From Candidatus Dormiibacterota bacterium (lineage in GTDB: Bacteria; Chloroflexota; Dormibacteria; Aeolococcales; Aeolococcaceae), in assembly GCA_963777285.1 (NCBI GenBank), contig CAVZPR010000002.1:564737-628736 (forward strand): 64,000 nt of DNA, written 5' to 3'. The notes under the pieces were generated by a model. The model was given only the letters and a program-made list of their open reading frames with translations. It had not been told where the DNA came from and searched no databases. Numbering within the stretch: position 1 is the first letter of the stretch; every line of letters starts with the position of its first letter. Positions 54,592 to 64,000 of this stretch are shown piece by piece. A program made the translations under genes and the position numbers.

Positions 54592-55355
54592 GCGAGCTGC
54601 AGGATCACATCCTGATGCAGAGACGGGCCGCCCGCATCCTGCGCGCGCCGTCCGCACGCGGCGATCTCGAGGTGGCCGGCGCTGCCGACGATGACGGCCA
54701 CGCCCTCGTCGATGTCTTCGTACGTGCGCGCCGCGCGGTCTGTGCCTCCGCCATCCCATCGCGCGCTTCGCGGCGCGGCGTCGTGCAGGTCGGCGTCACG
54801 GATCGTCGTGATTGCGTTGCCGAAGTGGTCGACCACGACGACGCGGCCGCGCAGCTCGTTGCCGTCACGAGTGGCGAACGCGTCGCCCAGGACCACGGGC
54901 TGCTCGAGCGCGTCACCGCAGTCGCGCAGCGGCATGCCGGCGGCGATCCGCGCAGCGGTGGGAGCGAAGACGTCGCGGCCGTGGAACGTGGCAGACGCTG
55001 CCTCGGGGACGGGCACCGTGACCGCGACGTGCCGCAGCGGATCCGCCTCCGCCCACAGATACGAGACGAGGCCGTTGTCAGGGCCCACGAAGGTCACAGA
55101 ACCCAGGTCGGCGGCGATCGCCCGTCTGGCCGTCCCCACGCCGGGGTCGACCACACCGCAGAGCACGACGGCGCCGAACGCACGGGCAAGTGCCTTGAGG
55201 TGGTACGCGCCGGCGAGCACGTCTCCGGGCGGCACGCCGTGCGTGCCGTCGACGCAGCGAAGGTCGGGTTCCGCTCTCCAGGCCGCGCCGGCGAGCGCAG
55301 CCGCGTACGTGTCGTCGCGGCCGAAGTCGGTGACGAAGACGACGGGCCGGCGCAT
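54588..55355 (-). CDS. SAM hydrolase / SAM hydroxide adenosyltransferase family (DUF62) protein
   Basis: VVFVTDFGRDDTYAA...VVDPGVGT...FHGRDVFAPTAA...DHFGNAITT. Confidence 0.85.
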   Translation of the reverse strand: MRRPVVFVTDFGRDDTYAAALAGAAWRAEPDLRCVDGTHGVPPGDVLAGAYHLKALARAFGAVVLCGVVDPGVGTARRAIAADLGSVTFVGPDNGLVSYLWAEADPLRHVAVTVPVPEAASATFHGRDVFAPTAARIAAGMPLRDCGDALEQPVVLGDAFATRDGNELRGRVVVVDHFGNAITTIRDADLHDAAPRSARWDGGGTDRAARTYEDIDEGVAVIVGSAGHLEIAACGRRAQDAGGPSLHQDVILQLA

Positions 55356-55378
55356 GGGGTCGGGTAACGTAGCACCGG

Positions 55379-55759
55379 ATGGCGGTGCAGCCAGGTGCGG
55401 TGGCGGACGAAGCGGCGGAGGCGACGCGCCGTCGCGTCCCGCGGTGGGCGTTCCCCGTGGTGGTGATCGCCGTGCTTGCGGTGACCGCGGCCTTCGTCGT
55501 CGGGATGCTGGGACTGTTCGCCAATCCGGTGAAGTCGGTGAGCGTCGACGGGACCACCACGCTCGCCGGGACGTTCGAGCCGTATCAGTGCCCGTCGGCG
55601 CAGTCGTGCGACGGCTACGTGCAGGCGGGCGCGCGCAGCGTGTTCGTGCAACTCCCCGTGGGTTGCACGCCGCCGCAGCGCGGAACGCAGATCACGGTGA
55701 CGGCGCGCCCCGCGCCGGGGTTGGGCCCGGGTTCCTACCGAGCTACGAGGTGTGCGTGA
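55379..55759 (+). CDS. hypothetical membrane-anchored protein
   Basis: 126-aa ORF with one TM segment (WAFPVVVIAVLAVTAAFVVGML) and a Cys-containing ectodomain. Confidence 0.5.
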   Translation: MAVQPGAVADEAAEATRRRVPRWAFPVVVIAVLAVTAAFVVGMLGLFANPVKSVSVDGTTTLAGTFEPYQCPSAQSCDGYVQAGARSVFVQLPVGCTPPQRGTQITVTARPAPGLGPGSYRATRCA

Positions 55760-56120
55760 GCGCGGGCTGCGGCGTGGTGATCGCCTCGAGGCCGCGGCCA
55801 CGCACGGGCTCACGCAGGCGGATCACCGTGTGCTCGACGATGACGCGGAGCACCACGTAGCCGCTGCGTCCCGAGAAGCCGGGGCGGGTGCCGAAGCGGG
55901 TGCCGATGCGCACACAGCGCGGGGTGTACTCGACAACCAGGCTGTGCAGCCCGACGGCCACGCCCCGCGCCCACGAGAGGCTGATGGTGCGGTCGTCCTC
56001 GTGCAGGACCACCCGGCCCCAGGGCTGCAGCGTGGGATTGCTGAGGTGCGCGTCCGGCTCGACGCGACGGCCCAGGCCGCGCGCCCCCACCGTCTCTGTG
56101 GCGATGCGGAGACCCTTCAC
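55743..56120 (-). CDS. hypothetical protein
   Basis: 125-aa ORF with an ATG start, high GC3 and beta-rich sequence. I recognise no motif. It overlaps the previous ORF convergently by 17 nt. Confidence 0.45.
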   Translation of the reverse strand: MKGLRIATETVGARGLGRRVEPDAHLSNPTLQPWGRVVLHEDDRTISLSWARGVAVGLHSLVVEYTPRCVRIGTRFGTRPGFSGRSGYVVLRVIVEHTVIRLREPVRGRGLEAITTPQPALTHTS

Positions 56121-56216
56121 AGGCGCTCCACACTAGCACGCCGGCGCTGATCCTGCCGCGCTTGGCCTAAACCCTTGACCGGCGGCAACCAAACGGCCGG
56201 TGGCCCGGGCGGCGCC

Positions 56217-57101
56217 TCAGGTGGAGCAGGTGACGTCGCCCGTCATGTGCAGGGTGTGCGCCTGGGCCGTGGGAATCCCCAGTTGCAGCGCGGCGGCATT
56301 GATGTGTGCGCCGGTTGAGGTCACGGACGCGACACCTGGCCCCTTGTCGAAGTAGGTCACCGTGGTGCTGCTGCCGGCCGACACAACGTACACGTGGAGC
56401 GACGAGTCCTGGCCGTTGGCGAAGAAGTCGAGGAAGAGCTGGGGCGAGCCCGAGGTGATCGCGAGGGTGAGAACTCCCGTGGGCTCGCAGATCACGAAGA
56501 CGTGTGCGAGCGAGCCGCTGACCGGACCCTGCGAGACGCTGCCGCTCAGCATGATCGTGGAACTGCCCGGATTCTGGTTGCCGCAGTCGACGCTGCCCGT
56601 GATGCTCGTGACACCGCCGAGCGTTCCGCGCTTGCCCGAAGGACTGGTGGTCTCACTCAGCGACGTCGCATTGATCTGCACGCCCTCGGAGGCATCAAAT
56701 CCGGTCAGGCCGCCGCCGGTGAACTCGCGCTCGGTGAACTGCTGCCCAGAGCCTGAGGCGACGGTGACCGTGACCGAGCTCGCCACGACAGTGACACCGA
56801 CAGCGACGCCGGGCGCCGCGGTCTCGGCGCCATTCACCACGATCTGGAGTCCTTTCAAGCTCGGAAACGCGCATTCCACCATCGGGCTGGCGATGGGTCC
56901 GGACAGCCCGGCGGTGCCTGCGAGCGTGAGCTGCGCTGTGGGCGGACTCTTTGGTGTGGGTGCAGGGGTTGGCGTTGTCGCAGCCGAAGAACTGGAGCCG
57001 GACGTTGCGGTGCCGCCGCCGCATGCCGCGAGAGCGGCGGTGCACAACAACGCTGTGAGCGCCAGCCGGCGTGTGATCCTCCCTTGCCTGAGTGTCGTCA
57101 T
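56217..57101 (-). CDS. hypothetical lipoprotein
   Basis: ORF 56217..57131 trimmed to MTTLRQGRITRRLALTALLCTAALAAC (Tat-like RR plus lipobox). A Ser/Thr/Pro linker and a beta-rich body follow. Confidence 0.6.
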   Translation of the reverse strand: MTTLRQGRITRRLALTALLCTAALAACGGGTATSGSSSSAATTPTPAPTPKSPPTAQLTLAGTAGLSGPIASPMVECAFPSLKGLQIVVNGAETAAPGVAVGVTVVASSVTVTVASGSGQQFTEREFTGGGLTGFDASEGVQINATSLSETTSPSGKRGTLGGVTSITGSVDCGNQNPGSSTIMLSGSVSQGPVSGSLAHVFVICEPTGVLTLAITSGSPQLFLDFFANGQDSSLHVYVVSAGSSTTVTYFDKGPGVASVTSTGAHINAAALQLGIPTAQAHTLHMTGDVTCST

Positions 57102-57210
57102 CGCCGCACTATGACAGACGTCAGAAGACAACGACGCGAACGTGCAGCGTGTGGGCAGGCATCCTCGACCTGCTCGCGCAGGCCGATGCGTGTCGGCGCG
57201 GTGACGCGGC

Positions 57211-57597
57211 TTAGGCGGGTGCCCCTGCGGCGACCGCCGAGCCCTTCACGGACACCGACGACGGCACTCCGCGCACGAGTGCTTCGAAGTTCTCGTACAG
57301 GCGCGCTTCACCCGAGTGCTCGCGCGACTTGATCGCGGCGGGACCCACGCGTTTCCACATCATGTCCACAGCCCACATGTCGAGGACGAGGCCGCGGTCG
57401 AGCACCCCCTGCTTGACGAAGGTGCCGACGACCTCGCCGAAATTGAGCACCTTGCGCACGGGCGCGTCATCGAGTGTCGCCTTGTCGGCGTCGAAGTCGT
57501 CCGAGTGCAACTCGGCAATGGCGTCGCCGATGCCCTCCATCGACCCCCATTGAATGATCTGCACCAGCAGGTTTGCGTCGTCGTATGTCGCCGGCAT
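57211..57597 (-). CDS. hypothetical protein
   Basis: 128-aa ORF with an ATG start, high GC3 and helical sequence. I recognise no motif. Confidence 0.5.
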   Translation of the reverse strand: MPATYDDANLLVQIIQWGSMEGIGDAIAELHSDDFDADKATLDDAPVRKVLNFGEVVGTFVKQGVLDRGLVLDMWAVDMMWKRVGPAAIKSREHSGEARLYENFEALVRGVPSSVSVKGSAVAAGAPA

Positions 57598-57698
57598 GGC
57601 CGCACCTCCTCTCTTGGATCGACGCCCCAGAGTCTAGGCTTCTGAAGTCGCCACGTGGGAGGCCTTGGCCGGCGAGCAGACGCGGTCCGGTGACGACA

Positions 57699-57736
57699 GC
57701 AAACAAAAGAGGCGGCCCCGGATGGGACCGCCTCTT
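57699..57736 (-). terminator. rho-independent terminator of groEL
   Basis: On the minus strand, AAGAGGCGG-n12-CCGCCTCTT is followed by TTTGTTTG. It lies about 25 nt after the groEL stop. Confidence 0.75.
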
Positions 57737-57758
57737 GCGAAGCCAAAAATCGGTCGGA

Positions 57759-59414
<1,656 letters not shown>

Positions 59415-59441
59415 TTAGCACTCGGAGTGGTGGAGTGCTAG
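59415..59441 (-). promoter_or_regulatory. CIRCE (HrcA operator) upstream of groEL
   Basis: TTAGCACTC-GGAGTGGTG-GAGTGCTAG matches the TTAGCACTC-N9-GAGTGCTAA consensus at 17 of 18 positions. It lies 49 nt upstream of the groEL start. Confidence 0.9.
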
Positions 59442-59540
59442 CGGTAGCCCAGGGGGAGTGCCAGTACTGGGCAGGTACTGCACCGATTGACTGCCCGGAC
59501 CCTGCCAGACTGCGCGGCACCGAATGGGGAGGCGCGGGCG

Positions 59541-60155
59541 TCAGGCGCACAGCTGGTTCCAGATGCCCGTCAGGCGCTGATAGTTGGCGATCCACTCATC
59601 GTTCCAGCTCTTGTCCCCGGGGTTGGCCTGGGTGTCCCCCGCGTGGTCGCGAATGGCCTCAGCGAACCAGCCCAGCGGTGAACTGCACGCGGTTCCGGCG
59701 AAGGCCAGCCCGTCGGCCTGCTCCGCGCGGAACCATGTGAGCGTCTGTGCCCACCTTCCCGCCCAGCCTCGATAGTAGGTGGCGGCCTGGGGGTAGGTGG
59801 ACTCCGCCTGCGCGTCGAGCTGCCCATCCACGGTCAGCGTCACCACCGTCCAGGTGGAGTCGGCGAAGGACAGGGACTGAGCCTGCGGTGCGGCGGATGT
59901 TGGCGTGGGCGGCGGCGTCGTCGTGGACGACGGCGTTGGCGCTAGCGTTGGCGGGGGCGTGGGCGATGACGCCGGCGATGACGCCGACGTGGGTGTGTCC
60001 AGGGGCCGTAGCGGCGTGGCCGCCGCGGGGCCGGTGCTGTCGCCGTGCAACGCCTGAGATACCTGCGCGGGCAGGCCCGGGTCGGCCACCAGCACGGCGG
60101 CGGCGGTCACCGCCAGCAGGCAAACTCCAGTCAGAAGGCGCAGCGCCCCGATCAT
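59541..60155 (-). CDS. hypothetical secreted/membrane-anchored protein
   Basis: 204-aa ORF with a signal/TM segment (LLTGVCLLAVTAAAVLV), a Pro/Ser/Thr linker and a Trp-rich C-terminal domain ending in a Cys pair. An ATGA overlap joins it to the upstream gene. Confidence 0.55.
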   Translation of the reverse strand: MIGALRLLTGVCLLAVTAAAVLVADPGLPAQVSQALHGDSTGPAAATPLRPLDTPTSASSPASSPTPPPTLAPTPSSTTTPPPTPTSAAPQAQSLSFADSTWTVVTLTVDGQLDAQAESTYPQAATYYRGWAGRWAQTLTWFRAEQADGLAFAGTACSSPLGWFAEAIRDHAGDTQANPGDKSWNDEWIANYQRLTGIWNQLCA

Positions 60156-60529
60156 CGCGACTCATCCAGGCTGCGCGAGGCGTGGCCACCATCACCCAGG
60201 CACACCGCCCGGTTGATCACCGCCGTCACCTCAATCGGCTCGCCCATCGTCCAGTACTCCCAGCCATCGATGCTCAAGTACGCGTGGTGATATCGCGGCC
60301 GGGCTGCGGCGCGCGGCCACGGCTTCACCACTCCGGCGACCCTGATCAGCCGCGCGAACGCCTCGAACTCTTGCTCCAGCTCCATCCGCCACTGCCGCAC
60401 GGTGTACTCGTGCGGCCACTGCGGCATGGTCTTGGCGAACTGCCAGCGCACCTTGGCGATGTAGGCTCGCGCGTCCTCCACGGTGAAGCCGGTCTGCGAT
60501 GTCACGACGCTCGTCGGCTCACCGCTCAT
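60152..60529 (-). CDS. conserved-looking hypothetical protein with a (K)TMPQWPHEYTVR motif
   Basis: 125-aa ORF reading AKTMPQWPHEYTVRQW...YLSIDGWEYWTMG...VINRA. I recall this motif pattern from phage/actinobacterial hypothetical proteins but cannot name a family. Confidence 0.55.
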   Translation of the reverse strand: MSGEPTSVVTSQTGFTVEDARAYIAKVRWQFAKTMPQWPHEYTVRQWRMELEQEFEAFARLIRVAGVVKPWPRAAARPRYHHAYLSIDGWEYWTMGEPIEVTAVINRAVCLGDGGHASRSLDESR

Positions 60530-61379
60530 CGCGGCTGTCCCTTGACGCGTCCGCCGGCGCCTCGTCCGGATTCGGCACCACCCAGCTCCAGAACTCGATG
60601 GCTCCGTGCACCACGCCGTCGGTGAAGTTGGCCAGCAACGCTGGCGTCACACCCTCGGAGAGATCCAGATCCGCCGATGTGGCGATGCGGATCGCGTCGT
60701 CGGCGTCCAGCACGAGCGCCTTCGGCCAGCGGTGCTCGCGGTTCCACGTGTTGCATCGCTCCACCGCGAGCTCGCGCGTCGCCAGTGGCACAGGCGTCGC
60801 CGTCGACGATGTGATGTGGTAGATGGCGTCGCCGGTCCCATCGGCGATGAACCACAGCATCAGCGGCTGGTCGAGACCCTCGCAGTTCAGGTCCACCCGG
60901 AAGTCGCCGTCCTTGTCGCGCAGGAACTGGACGCCCACCGTGTTCAGGTGTGCCTCGATGAGGTCGCGGGTGAACGGCTGCGCCCGCGGCAGTGTCACGT
61001 CGTTGAGGTTCAGCGCGTGCACCACGGGCGAGAAGCCGTCGTCCACGTCATATGCGGCCTTGAACAGCGCGTCCGTCAGCACCGCGAGCTCCATCTTCGA
61101 CGCGGGCAGATCGTCCTTGGCGAAGTTGCGCTCCGGTCCGCCACCGGTGAAGCCCAGTTGCGCCAGCGACGCCACAGCCGCGGGCGGCAGCGGCCGCTCC
61201 GGATCTGTCCACTGCCGCGACCCCACCTCGCAGTACACGCGCCCGCTGTGCCGCATGTACTGCACGAACTGGTCGCGGTCATCAGGCGTCTCGAAGGTGA
61301 TCCAGCCCTTCTCCTTGGCGCGCGTCAGAAAGATGTCGAGCACCCCCTCGTACATCGCGATCCGGTCATTTCGTTCCAT
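60519..61379 (-). CDS. YbjN / type-III-secretion-chaperone-like two-domain protein
   Basis: ORF 60519..61439 trimmed to MERNDRIAMYEG. The C-terminal half (FTRDLIEAHLNTVGVQFLRDKDGDFRVDL...LMLWFIADG...AVERCNTWNREHRWPKALV) resembles YbjN-type domains. Confidence 0.6.
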   Translation of the reverse strand: MERNDRIAMYEGVLDIFLTRAKEKGWITFETPDDRDQFVQYMRHSGRVYCEVGSRQWTDPERPLPPAAVASLAQLGFTGGGPERNFAKDDLPASKMELAVLTDALFKAAYDVDDGFSPVVHALNLNDVTLPRAQPFTRDLIEAHLNTVGVQFLRDKDGDFRVDLNCEGLDQPLMLWFIADGTGDAIYHITSSTATPVPLATRELAVERCNTWNREHRWPKALVLDADDAIRIATSADLDLSEGVTPALLANFTDGVVHGAIEFWSWVVPNPDEAPADASRDSRDER

Positions 61380-61462
61380 TGCCTGCACCCTCCTCGTGCC
61401 CACTGCCCACAACAGGAGCATGCCCAACAGCGGCGACAACTGCCTGTCGCGGCAGCGTGCCT

Positions 61463-62740
61463 TCAGGCGACATCCGCCTGCGCGCCGTCACCGGCGTCGC
61501 CGCGGGCCAGCTCTTCCTCCACCACGACGATGCCATCGATCAGACCCTGGCGCAGCGTGTCCAGCGCGGTCGACACCTCGCGGCTCGCACCCGCAACGGA
61601 CGTCAGCTTCGTCTTCATCGACGTCACCGCGCGCAGGTGGCTGCGCATCTGCTCCAGGCTGCGCCGCACGCGTGCCACGTCGACGTCACCGGCACGCTCG
61701 CGGCACGCGGCCAGTGCCAGCGCTCGCGCCAGCCGGATCGCGATGTCGAGCGTGACGTCACCGGGATCGTCGGGGTCGACCTCGCAGACGACGTGCTCGC
61801 CGTGCAGCGTCAGCGGGGCGCACCCGGTCGGCGCGCAGCCGTGGCGGAACACCGCGACAGCCACGGCGGCGCCGCGGTTGCGCCGCGCGGCATCGAGCTC
61901 GGCGGTGATTGCGCGGAGCCCCATGCGCCCGCTCTTGGCCTCGACGGCGACGCGCACCTGCAGGCCGCGGGTCCATGCCGGGTTCAGCGTCTGCACGAGG
62001 TCGCCCTTGCGGCAGCCGACGCTGTCGCCGGCCACGGTGCCCACCGGCTCCACGACGTCGCCCACCCCGCGCGCGATGGGGCCGAGCATCGCCTCCACCT
62101 CGTCCTCGAAGTCGCCGCCCTTGGCGGTGCTTCGGGCTCGCTCCTCGGCGCGCGCCTCGCGGGCCGCCTCGATCCGCAGCAGCCGGCTCTCGACCTCGCC
62201 CAGCGCCTCGCGCATCTCGGTGCGAAAGCCGTGCAGCGGGCTGTCATCGCGGCGCGGGTCGAGCATGCGCGCCAGCACCGCGCCGTCGCCGTCGAAGTAC
62301 CCGGCGAGCAGCGTGCGCATGCGCCCGATGGCGCTGTCGCGACGCTCCTCGTCGAAAAGGTCGTCGACCAGGCGGCGCAGCTGCCCCTTGTCGCCGAGAA
62401 AGCGCTCCAGCATCTGCGGCACGCGGCCGTCCTTGCCGGCGAAGGTCTCGCGCAGCGACGCGGCCATGGCCTCCGCGGCTCGCTCGTGCGCCTTCTCGGT
62501 CTGGTTCACCAGCCTGGCGAACTCCTTCTCGACGTAGTCGACGTTGACCGTGACGCCCACGTCGCGCAGCGCCAGCAGGCCGATTCGCAGGGCGCGCTCG
62601 ACAATCGATGCGTGCTCGCCCGCGTCCTGCTGCGCGAGGTATGCGACCAGATCCGGGTCGCGCACCTCGGCGCGCTCGATGACGGCGATACCGCCGTCGA
62701 TGGTGACGGCCGCACCCTTGCTCGCCTGCCTCTGCACCAT
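61463..62740 (-). CDS. coiled-coil protein with a C-terminal PD-(D/E)xK-like (RmuC/DUF2130-like) module
   Basis: ORF 61463..62815 trimmed to ATG 62740, which has a GGGGAAGG ribosome-binding site. The alternative start is 62815. It reads KGGDFEDEVEAML...GDVVEPVG...KGDLVQ...VRVAVEAKS...AAVAVAVF. Confidence 0.55.
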   Translation of the reverse strand: MVQRQASKGAAVTIDGGIAVIERAEVRDPDLVAYLAQQDAGEHASIVERALRIGLLALRDVGVTVNVDYVEKEFARLVNQTEKAHERAAEAMAASLRETFAGKDGRVPQMLERFLGDKGQLRRLVDDLFDEERRDSAIGRMRTLLAGYFDGDGAVLARMLDPRRDDSPLHGFRTEMREALGEVESRLLRIEAAREARAEERARSTAKGGDFEDEVEAMLGPIARGVGDVVEPVGTVAGDSVGCRKGDLVQTLNPAWTRGLQVRVAVEAKSGRMGLRAITAELDAARRNRGAAVAVAVFRHGCAPTGCAPLTLHGEHVVCEVDPDDPGDVTLDIAIRLARALALAACRERAGDVDVARVRRSLEQMRSHLRAVTSMKTKLTSVAGASREVSTALDTLRQGLIDGIVVVEEELARGDAGDGAQADVA

Positions 62741-62831
62741 TGCCTTCCCCTCGTTGCCGGATCCCTGCAAGGTGCATGGTCGAGGGCGCCCGCGACAGCT
62801 GGCTGTCGCGGCCACTGAAGGCGAGATCGGA

Positions 62832-63230
62832 TCAGCGTGCGGCCCGCACGCGCAGCCGCTCCGTCGCCTCCGCCAGGTCCCACACCGCTGTCAGCGCACC
62901 GTTCAGCTCCGCCGCGGTCAGTGGCAGGTCGTACACCTGGTGGTGGCAGGCCTTGGACAGCACCCTCCACGCCGCACCGACGCGGCCGCCGAGCCGTCCG
63001 TCGTTCAGCATCGGCCCCACGCAGAGCAGCTGGCACCGCGACGACGTCCACTCCAGGCCGGGGGCCGTCACCTTCCACAGGCGAGCCATCGCCAGCTCCA
63101 GCGCCTGACGCGCCAGCAGCGCCGCGGCTCGCGGCCACAACCCCGCGGTCGCCGCACTGTCGTCCCGCACCAGGTCGCGCGCCGCCGACACCAGCGCATG
63201 CGCGTCGACGCTGTCAGCCGCGCGGGGCAT
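62832..63230 (-). CDS. small helical hypothetical protein (132 aa) overlapping the ATPase 3' end
   Basis: The ATG at 63230 lies 17 nt inside the ATPase ORF. It contains AWRVLSKACHH (Rx6H). Confidence 0.55.
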   Translation of the reverse strand: MPRAADSVDAHALVSAARDLVRDDSAATAGLWPRAAALLARQALELAMARLWKVTAPGLEWTSSRCQLLCVGPMLNDGRLGGRVGAAWRVLSKACHHQVYDLPLTAAELNGALTAVWDLAEATERLRVRAAR

Positions 63231-64000
63231 CGGCCGCCACCATCGCCTTGGCCAGCTGCTCCACGCTGCGGATGAACTGCATCGCGTTGCCGCCGATCGT
63301 CCCCGTGTGCGCTCCGCTGTTGCACTCGCGCACCGCGGTCAGGGCGGTGGGGTGCTGCCGTTGCAGATGCGCGATCACGTCGCCTGCGCGGTCGGCATCG
63401 CCGAGCAGCGCCAGCGCCAGCCACATCATCAGCGTCGTGGGCCGCTCCAGCTCGCGTTCGACCTCCGCATAGCGCTTGCCCTGGCGCAGCATGCGCCGCG
63501 TCGCGACGAGCGACGACGCAGCCTCGAGCGCCATGCGGCAGAAGCCGGGGATGACGCGCAGCGCCTCAGGCGGCAGCCCATCCGTCTTCGCCACCGCGAA
63601 GGCGTCATCGATGTAGCGCTGCACCGGATCGAGCACGCGGCGCAGCTCCACCACCGAGCTCTCGCGCCGCGTCACTTCGACAACCGTCGCCTTCAGATCG
63701 AGGTAGCGCACCGCGTCGGCCAGCCGCGTGTCGTGCGTGAGCACGACAACCTGCCGCTCCCGCGCGGCGCGCGCCAGCACCTGCGCCAGCCCCTCCACCT
63801 TCGCCGGATCCATCGCCTGCACGGGGTCATCGATCACCACGAAGCGAAACGGCGACTCGGGCAGCGACGCGCGCGGCAGGAACAGTGACAGCGCCAGGCA
63901 GTTCAGCTCTCCCTGGCTCATGACACCGAGCGCCGACGCCGGCTCGCCGTCCACGTGCACGTCGAGCGTGAGCCGGCGCTGCGTGCTCGCGCCCGCGAGG
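63214..64000 (-). CDS. SMC/RecF-like ABC ATPase, C-terminal part with an extra helical domain; the gene runs off the right edge
   Basis: It has the signature-like MSQGE, Walker B FVVIDDP, D-loop QAMD and H-loop LTHD. About 170 aa of helical tail follow, containing AVRECNSGAHTG. The reading frame stays open to position 64000. Confidence 0.8.
   Translation of the reverse strand, partial: LAGASTQRRLTLDVHVDGEPASALGVMSQGELNCLALSLFLPRASLPESPFRFVVIDDPVQAMDPAKVEGLAQVLARAARERQVVVLTHDTRLADAVRYLDLKATVVEVTRRESSVVELRRVLDPVQRYIDDAFAVAKTDGLPPEALRVIPGFCRMALEAASSLVATRRMLRQGKRYAEVERELERPTTLMMWLALALLGDADRAGDVIAHLQRQHPTALTAVRECNSGAHTGTIGGNAMQFIRSVEQLAKAMVAADAPRG

Overview
This is a very GC-rich bacterial chromosomal segment; I did not compute the GC value. 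Third-codon positions are strongly G/C-biased. Many long ORFs in the six-frame track are antisense or out-of-frame shadows of real genes, and I trimmed or discarded them using motifs, GC3 by eye, ribosome-binding sites and start/stop overlaps. I resolve about 70 protein-coding genes. I also find two tRNA-Glu genes (UUC and CUC), a 52-nt duplicated 3' fragment of the second tRNA, a CIRCE operator with a rho-independent terminator around groEL, and several perfect inverted repeats in intergenic regions. Most content is housekeeping: gltX, argS, thiD, coaE, galU, queF, clpB, groEL, glpD, a PolX-type polymerase, a DD-carboxypeptidase and a MoxR-DUF58-transglutaminase operon. No integrase, transposase or CRISPR array is visible. 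The most system-like unexplained content is at the right edge, on the minus strand at 59.5-64.0 kb, and it is cut by the window end. It consists of an SMC/RecF-like ABC ATPase with an extra C-terminal helical domain, an overlapping small helical ORF, and a coiled-coil plus PD-(D/E)xK-like protein. These are followed by a YbjN/T3SS-chaperone-like protein and two translationally coupled unknown proteins. Other items worth a second look:
- An NRAMP-like transporter with a non-canonical metal site, paired with a soluble MgtE-N/CBS protein and a cNMP-binding protein.
- A three-gene REC-like/REC/GHKL-ATPase operon.
- Two tandem paralogous arginine-rich mini-ORFs that are absent from the ORF track.
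- A concentric imperfect palindrome of about 200 bp between coaE and a TetR gene.
- A frameshift in argS.
- A tRNA-Glu 3'-half duplication with an inverted anticodon-arm copy.
All functional calls rest on manual motif recognition. No database search was run.
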